Under the pieces are notes generated by a model, which ran no database searches, had not been told where the DNA came from, and saw only the letters and a list, made by a program, of their open reading frames with translations. The position numbers and the translations under genes are program-made. A stretch of DNA of 61,342 nt, counting the filler, from Catajapyx aquilonaris (Eukaryota): NCBI GenBank assembly GCA_000934665.2. It is 3 parts of 3 records of this genome, joined end to end, with 100 filler letters (N's around TTAATTAATTAA, not from the genome) between each part and the next. Parts side by side here need not be neighbours in the genome. Positions count along the whole stretch, not along the records: positions 20,458 to 40,884 come from JYFJ02006281.1; positions 40,985 to 61,342 come from KZ539510.1; 1 more part is not named here. One strand, 5' to 3'. The first letter of the stretch is position 1. Every line of letters begins with the position of its first letter. Positions 36,901 to 47,943 of this stretch are shown here, in pieces.

Positions 36901-37835
36901 TGAATGAGTCATGGAGGCATAGCTGCAGACTTGAGGAGCCTATAATTGTGGTGCTTACGGACTTCGTGCAAGTCATGTTTTTAAAAGTCGAGCAATATTT
37001 TTCTACAGTTAATAATCTCTCACTTTGTATCGGACCATAAATTTCAAGTGAACCATTCCGCCGTATTTACGAAAAACAACGCATCTGAACACAGCTAGAT
37101 AAAATTGTGTTTCTAAGGAACCCGGCCGGAAACTCTATACTTTCCGCTACGTGAAGCTGGGTCGTTTTCTGAAGTACGGCCAGTGTATTATACTTTCTGT
37201 AAAATGTAAATCATACCTCTAAGCTTACAACATGCTTACCTGAAAATGATATCTATCAGTCTGGGTTCCGAAAGTTTTCGTTATTGTTACCTGCCGTGAG
37301 GCAATTACCGCGGAAGAAATTATTACTGTCGATTTACACTGCAGGATTGTGTGTGACAGTAACTTATGTTTTCATTTCACGTGAATGACAATAACATGGC
37401 CTGAGCGATAACAATCATCCGCCTGCATACCGATCCAACTTGAGGAATTAATTCCGGAATCCTTGGTCACTTCTCCCATTTAAAAACCCACTAATGGCAA
37501 CGATACAGAGTCAGTATAAACTACTGACAGTCTGGCACTGTTAACTAATTGACAGCGAAGGGGCCCTATACCTAACATATAAGCCTCGCAATACGTTTAT
37601 GCTATCGGTTTCGTGACACCCGATACATTAGGTTTGCATTTGCCACTAGAAAATTAACCGGTCACAGTTTGATGCACGTGCTACAATTATTGTCACCTGC
37701 AGGGAGGTCCATAATCGGGCTCGGACTTGCTTTGGGATCGGAAAACAAGTTATGTTACAAGTGGCTCCGAGAGGAAGGGGGGTCAACATGACTCTCGTTC
37801 CTTACTCGTCAATGATATTGCATTAGCGACACCAT

Positions 37836-38299
37836 AATTGAATCAGTTGTTGCGAAAAGTCCAGAGGGCCGTACCATATTGATTTACAATATTATTATTT
37901 TTGCCACAAATACAGTGCCCTTACAGGTCAGCAGATAGGCATACATTTAATATGGATAGAATCCTCCTTGAGCCGAATGCACTGGTTCATGGATGTGGAA
38001 ACATCTCCAGACCCTCCAGGATCCAGGAATCACTCTTTGGTGGTGGGACGCACCTATATTCCCGGAGAACTGTGCGCAGTTGTGCGATAGTGTGTCCCCT
38101 CCATAACGTGGTTCCTGGAGGCCATATAGAGAGGTTGCCACAATCATGGCATCAGTGCATCCGGCTTCAGGATGATTCTATCCATAATGCGTGCCTATCT
38201 GCTGACCTGTAAGGGCACTGTATTTGTGGCAAAATACTTGTAAATCAATATGGTACGGCCCTATGGACTTAAGTCATTATCGAAACAACTGATTCAATT
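37836..38299. mobile_element. Palindromic MITE
   Basis: AATTGAATCAGTTGTT...GGGCCGTACCATATTGATTTACAA...CAGTGCCCTTACAGGTCAGCAGATAGGCA mirrored at about 38150-38299. Confidence 0.75.
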
Positions 38300-38449
38300 C
38301 GTACAGAGAGACTCAGAACAACAAGTGCATATGTGCAAATTAATTTTGATGTATAGTAACTCACAAGGGACATATCCCGGGTGATAATGACGGATCTTGG
38401 TGAAACTTAACATGCTAATACAGGACAATATATCATTATATGATAACCA

Positions 38450-38807
38450 GGGGAGACGGAGTGGCGCTCGGTAACGTATGCGGCCACGGATGTTAATGTC
38501 CCGGGTTCGATCCCAGCTCGTGCAGAGTTGGACCATCTCCGGCTTCGTCTCGGGTGGAATTTCCTTAGACTAATCCACCCGGGGGAGTTCACAAAATGAC
38601 ATTAGCTACGACCATTGTACTGCACCTTGCACATCCCCTACTGTCACCCTGGCCGTGGGCCAGGGCTTTTATTAAATAGGAACCATCATTTGCCATCATG
38701 TAGGCCTACTGAACAACTCAAAAATACAATAAAGGTCCATGCTATATACCCCGGAAGGAAGGGGTGAAAGCATTATACCCACAAATTATTATCATTATTA
38801 ATTATTA
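38450..38807 (+). mobile_element. tRNA-derived SINE (family A)
   Basis: GGGGAGACGGAGTGGCGCTCGG A box, GGGTTCGATCCC B box, (TTA)n tail; 13-bp TSD TATATGATAACCA at 38437-38449 and 38808-38820. Confidence 0.88.
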
Positions 38808-39446
38808 TATATGATAACCAAAAATGAAATATTTCGGGCTGAGGCCCATATTTGCAAAGGTTATGACGTCTTAAAGTGCCAAAAATAATACATTTTCATA
38901 CACAATGGGATTACATTAGCGACCACATGTCCACATATAATGGCATTGAAGTGTGTAATCAGTTTCTAGACTTTTTCTCATTGGAAGAAAGTATTACTAT
39001 AGAGCGCTCTCACCGTTCGTTCGTCCGTCTGTCTGTGGACAGGTATCAAGGCCTAAACCGCAAGAGATAACAAACGGTTTTCATATTCGGATTAAGCGTG
39101 TCCTGGCGTGACCAAAATAGGTTTCATGATCAACTTCCGGTGACCTGCCACTTTCTGGTTTCCGGGTTCAGCTTAATCCGAATATGAAAACCATGTGTAG
39201 TTATCTCTTGCGGTTTAGGCCTTGATACCTGTCCACAGACGGACGGATGGACGGACAGAACCGTTCTATATGACTTTTTTCCGATGAGAAAAAGTCTAGA
39301 AACTGATTACACACTCCAATGTCATTATATGTGGTCGCTAATGTAATCCCATTGTGTATGAAACTGTATTATTTTTGGCACTTTAAGACGTTATAACTTT
39401 TGCAAATATGGGCCTCAGCCCGAAATATGTCACTTTTGGTTATCAT

Positions 39447-40165
39447 TAGAGTCCGGATTTTTAGGCAAATGCCTATTTTATTAGTACCTTAACAGTTGGG
39501 ATGGTTTTGTGAAGAGATCTATCCGTTTCATAAGTGCAGGATGTGGAAAATGTAGGGTTTATAGTGCCTAAAATAATGGCCTAAACTATTTTGCTGATTC
39601 TGGCTTTTTGCGACTCTTCATGCCTTTTATGCATTTTTTGGGGTAGTTTTTGAACTTTTCGAAGCAATTTCGGGACTTTTTGGGTCTATTTCTTCAGAGG
39701 CATGCTTGGTTTTTTTGGTGGAGTATTTTTTGTACTTCCGAAAGGACCAAAATCGTTCATAAGTAATACTACGAATCATGATTCTGTGACGTGTATTTCA
39801 AATATTTTTATACATTTTCCTCTGATTGTTCCAAACAGAGGAAATTTTAGAAAAATATTTGGCAACATACTGTGCAAGTGGAAACTGGCTATAAGCGGTA
39901 GAGTCCAGAGCAAGTGATACTTGCTTGCACTTTGTGTCTTTTGCCCAAGTTTCGTGATTTCCTGTCAGTTTATCGTTGCTATTCAGTTTTTGCTATGGTT
40001 TGTGACCATATATTTATACTTTGGGCCTATAAAATATTATTCTAGTTTTTTTTATATTTTCTGTAACATTATCCTTCATACTCCCGAAAAAGTAAAAATC
40101 TCGTGCCAGTTTGAGGTTTTTTGTGCCTATTTCGGAGTTTTTCGTTCCTAAAAATCCGGACTCTG
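39447..40165. mobile_element. Non-autonomous hAT element
   Basis: TIR TAGAGTCCGGATTTTTAGG / CCTAAAAATCCGGACTCTG; perfect 8-bp TSD GTTATCAT at 39439-39446 and 40166-40173. Confidence 0.88.
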
Positions 40166-40322
40166 GTTATCATATATTGTCCTCTATAATTAGCATGTTA
40201 AGTTTCATCAAGATCCATCATTATCACCCGAGAAATGTCCCTTGTCAGTAAAACTAACCTGGCTGAATTGCATGTTAATTGCTGATAAAAACCAATCAAA
40301 AATTAGTACAGTAGGCCGAGTA

Positions 40323-40537
40323 GGGCATATCCATGAAAACACAGACATACTAGTGTCCGTTCGTAACGCAGGTTTTGCAGACATGTACTAGCGTATTTTA
40401 TTGTAACAATACACACACATTACATGAAATGGATTAAGCATGCAGTGCATGCATCCTAGCATTGTTATAATAAAATACACTTGTGCACGTAGGCAAAACT
40501 TGTGTTACGAACGGACGGGTGCATCATGGAAATGCCC
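40323..40537. mobile_element. Small palindromic MITE (Harbinger-like ends)
   Basis: GGGCATATCCATGA...GTCCGTTCGTAAC mirrored by GTTACGAACGGAC...TCATGGAAATGCCC. Confidence 0.6.
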
Positions 40538-40603
40538 AGTAACAAGCTCAATCTGTTGTTTTACCAAGCTCCCCAACACAAATGTGATTTGATGTAATAC
40601 ATG

Positions 40604-40807
40604 CAGGGTGACTCTAAAGTATGGATACATAGGTAATTGAATATATTGCATTGTTGGTTGTCAGTTGTGCCAACTCAAAGTGTCAACTGTGCCAAGCGCC
40701 CAAGCCAACTCAAACGTTACTGACTCTCAATAATGTGCTAGTTGGCACAACTGGAAACCAACAATTCAATCCAATTACCTATGTATCCTGACTTCAGAGT
40801 CACTCTG
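40604..40807. mobile_element. Small TA-type palindromic MITE
   Basis: CAGGGTGACTCTAAAGT...GGATACATAGGTAATTG mirrored by CAATTACCTATGTATCC...ACTTCAGAGTCACTCTG|TA. Confidence 0.65.
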
Positions 40808-40884
40808 TACTTTGAGATATGCAGTCACATAAAGTATGTTACCGGAAATGTGTGAAATTTCGATTTTTTTTTTTTTTTTTTTTT

Positions 40885-40984
40885 NNNNNNNNNNNNNNNN
40901 NNNNNNNNNNNNNNNNNNNNNNNNNNNNTTAATTAATTAANNNNNNNNNNNNNNNNNNNNNNNNNNNNNNNNNNNNNNNNNNNN
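40885..40984. other. Artificial scaffold-joining spacer
   Basis: 44 N + TTAATTAATTAA + 44 N, identical to 20358-20457. Confidence 0.95.
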
Positions 40985-41736
40985 TTCGTAATTATATGTT
41001 TACGATGTACACGCGTTCATTTATGGTTGCGGTTTCATTGAGCAGTTATTGCGAGTTGACAAGGACACAAATGAGAGAAGCTAAATATCAACGTCAACCT
41101 GTTTGCAGTGTTGCTAAACACCCGGGAAGGGCGAAAATGATGATAAATATGCTACCGACTGAGCCATGAAGACTGTTTATAATTTCTTCTGCCGAATGCG
41201 CCCCATTGTCACCGAGCAGGTTTGCCGGGCACCTATAGTCGCCCATATCTCGAAAACGCTTGGCTAATGCGACTTTTTACTTTCACCAATGAATTTCTGG
41301 CCTGCGATTTACCCCTAGTGTCATTTTCGGGCCGATTGGCCGATGGCCCTACAGACACTTCCCTTGTAAGTCATCTGGATCAAGTCCGGAGACACGGGAG
41401 AAGAGTCCCAAGCATCTCTGGACCCGAGACGCAGGCGCCAGTACCAGCAGTGAGTAGGAGGGTGTCAATACTGTGCACACGTTTCCAGTGAAGCCCTGGT
41501 CCCATGTCCAGCCATAAGCACGGGTGGTCATCCTGTACAATGTCTGTATAATGTCTATAACCATTGTGTCATGTACTGCTCAATAAATGGGTACTGAGGA
41601 CCAACATCAAAGCAATCAAACGGTTCATCAAACTTTTTTTTGCATTGGACAAAAAAGGATAGAGCAGATCCTCAGCTTACTTTCCTTCATTAGTTTCAAC
41701 CCGTCACATATCAGTTTATATAAGTTACTCCTCTAA

Positions 41737-42065
41737 GGGGAGCGGAGTAGCACTGCGGTAACGCTTGCGCCCACGGATGTAGGGGTCCCGGGTTCGATCC
41801 CAAGCACGGACTTTCCCCCCTTCATCTCGTGCAGAGTTGGGTCGTCTCTGGCTTCGTCTCGGGTGGAATCTCTGACATACTAATCCACCCGAGGGAGTTC
41901 ACAAAATGTACTGTTTGAGACATTGCCCTTGCACTTTGCACATCCCCTCCCAGTCACCCTGCCCTTGAACCAGGGTGATTCGTTAACAGGTTCTAGCCAC
42001 ATAATGCCTGATATCAACAGGTTCCCCCAAAAGGGCCAATGAAGCCATCACGGGGTAATGAAAAA
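41737..42065 (+). mobile_element. tRNA-derived SINE (family A); tail interrupted by the Sola-like element
   Basis: A and B boxes, shared core, tail CCATCACGGGGTAATGAAAAA; TSD TTAYTCCTCTAA at 41725-41736 and 43718-43729. Confidence 0.82.
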
Positions 42066-42070
42066 TATAT

Positions 42071-43707
42071 GAGGCATTCCACGTCAACTGGACCCCCCTC
42101 CCCGACAAATCTTTTCCGATTTCGACCAAAACCGAGTATGTTGTAGTACCCATGTATCTATGCAAGTGCCTCATTTTGTTTGTCCCTGCGACTCGTGGTT
42201 GCATAACTACAGGGTGGGAAAGATACGGATATTTGGCTCGGTCCGCCATCAGTTGGAGGGCCATAACTTCGCAAGATTGTAACATATCCGAAATATGATT
42301 AATGGGACTGTAAGCTATTTCAATATGTGTGAAAAAGCAACATTTCGAATTAAAGATGGCGTCCAAATGTTAGATTTGCCTTTTCCCCATCGATGGACAG
42401 TTTTAAAAAATTTTGAATTGCGCTTAAAATGAAGATTGAAATGTTATATTGAGATGTAGGCAAAATCTGGATGGACGATTTTTGATTTTAATTGATTGGA
42501 CACATCTTTATAAGGCCCAGCGCTGTCGCCCTGCAATTATTTTGCTTCCAGTGCACAGTGTAGTGGTTGATTGTGGATTTGTGCAATACTGATGGTGACC
42601 TGTGTGGCATTCCAGTTTTACTTTAGGAACATCACCTGGGGACAGCCTTGAGACAGGTCGCTGCCCCTCAAAAATTCCGAAAAACTCCTAAATTCCCTCA
42701 TCTTCAGGTGGTTCTTGATTCTGAATGGATTGCAACAGCGGTCGCGCCAGGTCATCTTGTCCGCCATAGGTAAGCCACTAAGCCTACAATACAATGGATC
42801 CGAGCTGACGTATGCTACCTCAGTGAACTCTGGCTGGGACAACACTGGAGTCGTATTTTGGGTGGCCTTTCTGACCTACTACAGAGCAGGTATTCTCTGG
42901 TAAAAGCNNNNNNNNNNNNNNNNNNNNNNNNNNNNNNNNNNNNNNNNNNNGTGCTCACCCTACAGCACCGAAAAATAAGTTACTGACCTTATTATGGGCG
43001 GAGGTGCATTGTCAAGGTTTCCTGTCCATCCTTTTCTTAGGCAGGACTCCCTTCTAAACATGCACCGCAAATGCCTGAGGGAATTTAGGAGTTTTTCGGG
43101 ATTTTTGAGGTGATGTTCCTAAAGTAAAACTGGAATGCCACACAGGTCACCATCAGTATTGCACAAATCCACAATCAACCACTACACTGTGCACTGGAAG
43201 CAAAATAATTGCAGGGCGACAGCGCTGGGCCTTATAAAAATGCGTCCAATCAATTAAAATCAAAAATCGTCCATCCAGATTTTGCCTACATCTCAATATA
43301 ACATTTCAATCTTCATTTTAAGCGCAATTCAAAATTTTTTTAAACTGTCCATCGATGGGGAAAATGCAAATCTAACATTTGGACGCCATCTTTAATTCAA
43401 AATGTTGCTTTTTCACACATATGTGTTCCACCACCTGAAGGGGCGTTGAAATAGCTTACAGTCCCATTAATCACATTTCGGATATGTTACAATCTTGCGA
43501 AGTTATGGCCCTCCAATTGATGGCGGACCGAGCCAAAATTGGCAAATATCCGTATCTTTCCCACCCTGTAGTTATGCAACCACGAGTCGCAGGGACAAAC
43601 AAAATGAGGCACTTGCATAGATACATGGGTACTACAACATACTCGGTTTTGGTCGAAATCGGAAAAGATTTGTCGGGGAGGGGGGTCCAGTTGACGTGGA
43701 ATGCCTC
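42071..43707. mobile_element. Sola-like DNA transposon derivative with ~630-bp TIRs (43-N assembly gap at 42908-42950)
   Basis: ATAT|GAGGCATTCCACGTCAACTGG ... CCAGTTGACGTGGAATGCCTC|ATAT: 4-bp TSD, GAG...CTC termini and very long, near-identical TIRs. Confidence 0.75.
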
Positions 43708-44228
43708 ATATATATATTTATTCCTCTAATCACAGTCAACCAACTTTTACTGTGAAAGGTCCCCTCGCCTTGCATCCATATGCTCTAAGTGCAAGTTCTG
43801 AGCAAACAACATATAATAAAGACAATAATGAGTTGGGTAGCATATCAATAAGTGAGTTTAAAACATCCAGCTCGAAGCAATCTATTAATATTTAGAAGAT
43901 TCCCCAAAATGTCTGTTTATGTGCTGATACTAATGCAGTCCAGTCTGATTAGAATCAACCAATATCATGACTTGGTACACAGCTCTATGCAAAAGTTTTT
44001 GGCAGCCTGCAAATTCCACTGATGGGGTTATGAAAAATCTAGCATAAAAGGAGTACGAGAGAAGTTGGAGTGGTGTATCCAACGGAAATAGTATGTGGAG
44101 CAAGAGAAAGAGAAGCATGGGTGGAATATACAGGGTTACCACAAAAGAAATAAACACATTCAACATTTGGGAGAAACAAAGTATTATTGAGAGTAAAAAT
44201 ACTTACATGGTTTACTTGCATAATTATA

Positions 44229-45234
44229 CAGGATGGACGGAAAGTTTCGGACCCCCCCAGGTTTTTTAACCCTACTTTTCACAGCGTATTTTCACATCTT
44301 TTAGAAGTCCACAAGCAGTTCTAATGTACACTATCTTTTGAAGGATAATCTTGAGAACATCTGAGCACCTGCGCTCTCGCAATTCCATTAATAACTTCGC
44401 CTCTGTGACTCATCTAAACATCCTATCTGTTTTGCGTTTATTTTGCTTGTTGCCTTGGAGGACCCCTGGTCATATTCTGCGTCAGATAAGGTTTTTATGA
44501 CCCTTTTCCATGAGTTCCCCTTCATGAAAATGTTGTGAACTCACTCCTGACCTTATTTTTCGCATTGGTCCATAACCTGGTCCAATAAAAATTTGAAAAG
44601 GAATACATGAAATGGCGGACCCGGATGCATTACTTTCGAATTCTCACATTGGTACCATCGCATTTGTCTCCATTTTTACTTTAAAATAATTTTTTGGTGC
44701 GAAAGGACGTGAACGAAAGGATGTGTCATGTTGATTAATTTACCAAGGTAGAACTGTTTACTGTCCTTTCCCACCAAAAAATTATTTGAAAGTAAAAATG
44801 GAGACAAATGCAATGGTACCAATTCGAAAGTAATGCATCCGGGTCCGCCATTTCATGCATTCCTTTTCAAATTTGTATTGGACCAGGTTATGGACCAATG
44901 CGAAAAATAAGGTCAGGAGTGAGTTCACAACATTTGCATGAAGGGAAACTCATGGAAAAGGGTCATAAAAACCTTATCTGACGCAGAATATGACCAGGGG
45001 TCCTCCAAGGCAACAAGCAAAATAAACGCAAAACAGATAGGATGTTTAGATGAGTCACAGAGGCGAAGTTATTAATGGAATTGCGAGAGCGCAGGTGCTC
45101 AGATGTTCTCAAGATTATGCTTCAAAAGATAGTGTACATTAGAACTGCTTGTGGACTTTTAAAAGATGTGAAAAAACGCTGTGAAAAGTAGGGTTTAAAA
45201 ACCTGGGGGGGTCCGAAACTTTCCGTCCACCCTG
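44229..45234. mobile_element. ~1-kb young palindromic TA-type MITE
   Basis: CAGGATGGACGGAAAGTTTCGGACCCCCCCAGG ... CCTGGGGGGGTCCGAAACTTTCCGTCCACCCTG; ~470-bp near-identical arms around a short spacer. Confidence 0.88.
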
Positions 45235-45599
45235 CAGTATAGTTTTTATGACTAAGTAACAAATATTCTATGTGAGAGCTTTTTGTCACACTACAGATAT
45301 CAATGCGATAATGCAATTGATCCCAAACACACTGAAACATGTCCCAGTCAACACCTGTAACAGCTGCCCCTTAGCGACTGTCCACACAACTAAAGAATGA
45401 GGGAAGTGGGGAACAGGATCGCTACACAGTTCTTACACACTTGTAAATGAGTCTTAAGTGATCAATATGGGTGGTCATTACCTTGTATGGTGTGTGCACA
45501 CAACCTTCTAGAACCACACAAAATACCAAGTTTCTGACATGACAACCTATATCTGGGCATGTCTTGTACAAAATTCATGGTTTGAATGTAGCTACTTAC

Positions 45600-46309
45600 T
45601 AAGATGATCCTTGATCTGCATGTGCTGGATGTAAGTCAGGCCTTTCATCAGTATGGATGTTAAGTACAAGGAATAGTAGAAATCAAGTCTCTCGTCACCT
45701 TTTGGCCTCCACCGGCTTCGGATGACCTCACTGCAGCAACATGAATGGGATGAGTCTGTGTGTTTAAATCCTAACTACTGCAAAATCCAGCACATAGAAC
45801 AAAGGATATGATTTGTATACAGAATAATGAAAAAGTAGAATGTAACATGCCTTGTTCAAACACATGTTCAAATTACTTCCTGCATACACATCCCTCCAAA
45901 ACTATTTCCATGTGACAATGTCCTCCGTATGATCTGAGGTCGAACTCGGGACCTCAGAGGTGGAAGGCTGCATGCTCCTAAGCAGCACACCACTATGCCA
46001 CCTGAGTCTTATTTGTGCATGCTACCACCTTGTTCATGGGAAATCATCATATCTGTCACTCAGCATGCCAATTTGAGATGCACCGAACATGGTTAGCCAT
46101 TCCATGTATCCAGGAAATTCGCAAATGAACAAAACAATGAATGTGGCCTACCAAGCTCGTTTTAGGTCCATCTTAATCACCATTCTGGTATCCTTATTCT
46201 TGCGCCCCTTCCACTTTATCCTGCCATGTGCAACCAACCACACCACTCGAAAATCCTGGTTCCCCCGAAGTATTTCAGGCACAAACAACTGGCGAAGGTT
46301 TGACGACAT
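45600..46309 (-). CDS. Rad21/Rec8-family alpha-kleisin N-terminal domain (REC8-like), partial; exons 46309-46152 and 45730-45600, downstream exons unresolved
   Basis: Spliced (TG|gtaggc...ctgcag|T, then A|gtaagt) translation MSSNLRQLFVPEILRGNQDFRVVWLVAHGRIKWKGRKNKDTRMVIKMDLKRACEVIRSRWRPKGDERLDFYYSLYLTSILMKGLTYIQHMQIKDHL matches recalled REC8 blocks F..IWLAA, V.KTCEEI and FSLYLS..L..G in order. Confidence 0.72.
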
Positions 46310-46986
46310 GGTGCGCACCTGGACCGAGTCCGGCCCGGTCCGGTCTCTCCCCGAAAGCTGTCCAGCGTCTTCACTGGGGCAGTGGCGCGTACCCTGTCAC
46401 ACCCGTAGCCGTCCAAGTACAACCTGTAACCAGACGCCTGGCGAGACTTGCACCAGACCGCGCTTGTCTGCTTGCACCTGTGTCCCCACTTTGCTTTGTG
46501 TTGTGTTCACTAATATAAACTGTTTATATTTATTTTATGTTTCCCATTTGTCTTATGCCTTATATGTTACATATTTATTATTACTTACTTTATTAAATAT
46601 CCATTAAAATACAGTCCCATGTGACGTCATACGCCTGGCAGGAGTTGTTCAGAAATTCTTGGAGAAATAAGTCATGACGTCACACATTATTATGTAACGG
46701 TTAAGCGCACGTGGGAGGAACTTCGAACGAGCTAGTGGAGCTACAGCTGGTAGCTGGCCTGAGTTTATTACCGCGTTACCGGTACAGGTACAGTACTGCT
46801 GGTTCGACCACGCTTTTGGGGCTAAGTAAGTCATGGATTTTATCACAGTGGACTTTCAGACAAGGTTACATGTTGCGGTATGAGCTGCAGTACCGAGATA
46901 CCAAGTGAGTAATGTTGCGCTTAGCAGCGTAATATGTCAAAGTTGAAGTGTGCTTTGCTTACAGGTGAATTTGTCTAGTCAGGGCA
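46310..46986. promoter_or_regulatory. Candidate bidirectional promoter and 5' UTRs between the REC8-like gene and SDHAF3
   Basis: 677 bp between divergent ATGs; CRE palindromes TGACGTCA at 46622-46629 and 46675-46682, E-box CACGTG at 46708-46713; likely 60-nt SDHAF3 5'-UTR intron at 46905-46964. Confidence 0.5.
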
Positions 46987-47603
46987 ATGTCGACTGGGAA
47001 GCTGACCCATATCCAGCAAGTTCGGATGCTGTACAAATCTATTTTAAGGTTGCATAGAGGCTTGCCGAATGATTTGAGGTTGCTGGGAGATCAGTATGCG
47101 AAAGAAGAGTTTCAGAAGCATAAGGATGCATCGCCAGAGGCTACGGCAACATTCATCTGTGAGTGGGCAGTGAGTATAAAATGGGAGGAATATACAGGGT
47201 GTTTTTTAGCCCAAGTAATTAGGCGGACCTGGCATACTCCTTCCAAAGTCAGTCCAATCACGGAACGAAGATTGGGTTTCCCCCTACCTTTTCGTATGCC
47301 AACAGTTTTGTTTTCGTTTCTTAAGCTGACTAATCAATTAACTTTTCGCTGTACCCCATCTTTGGGTTGTCAACTTGGGCAGAGGAACACCCTACATAGA
47401 GGCTTAAAATTATCACAGGTTAAAAGGCAATGCTTTTTCAGCAATATGCACTGTCCCTAACAAAGCAACTAGGTGTGAAAGGACCCACAACTGGATCTAG
47501 GATTGGAAAACCACTCTCACCCGGAGAACTGGAGAATTTCCGAGCTGAGCAAATTTCTCTTCTGTATGACTTGATGCAAGAAACTCGCAAGCCAAAAAGC
47601 TAG
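46987..47603 (+). CDS. SDHAF3: Succinate dehydrogenase assembly factor 3 (ACN9, LYR family), 114 aa; exons 46987-47169 and 47442-47603
   Basis: HIQQVRMLYKSILRLHRGLPNDLRLLGDQYAKEEFQKHK...FICEWA|QYALSLTKQLG...IGKPL...LENFRAEQISLLYDLMQE; phase-0 GT-AG intron containing a small TA-type MITE. Confidence 0.93.
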
Positions 47604-47943
47604 ATTGTCATAGGGCGAAGGCAAGTTAGAAAGAGGTATTCCAAAATGTAAAGTGTATGTGTTTCCACACATGAACCTGATTTTGTAGAATCTAGCTATC
47701 ACACCTGAAAATTTGAAAATTGTATAGCTATGCAAATTAGTAATGTGGCTTATCTTGAGCCGGCTTGAGCTCAAGGTGTAAATCAAATTTAACTGGATCT
47801 GATTGATCAGTTCAGCACTGTGCTACCTCCTCGTGTGGGGACTGGTAACAATGCAAACCTACCCATTAAGCAATTTCATCATAGCACTATTAAAGGATCA
47901 TAAGACTAGGAGGCAATCACACCTTCTCCACCATTCTTTAGAC

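Larger units (their letters stand above)
38359..40249. mobile_element. Large fold-back element with one nested insertion in each arm
   Basis: ACAAGGGACATATCCCGGGTGATAATGA / TCATTATCACCCGAGAAATGTCCCTTGT ends; arms pair inward to about 39097 and 39170 once the SINE and hAT inserts are removed; GTCY microsatellite in each arm. Confidence 0.8.

Noticed and set aside
41681..41730. Minus-strand mini-exon RSNLYKLICDGLKLMKE as a further kleisin exon
   Set aside because: Its phase does not fit exon 2 and its acceptor abuts a SINE/TSD; insufficient evidence.
41983..43729. Duplicated ORFs MLQSCEVMALQLMADRAK on opposite strands
   Set aside because: They are the two TIRs of one transposon; no protein family features.
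46089..46607. 172-aa plus-strand ORF upstream of SDHAF3
   Set aside because: No recognisable domain; it is antisense to the better-supported kleisin exon 1.
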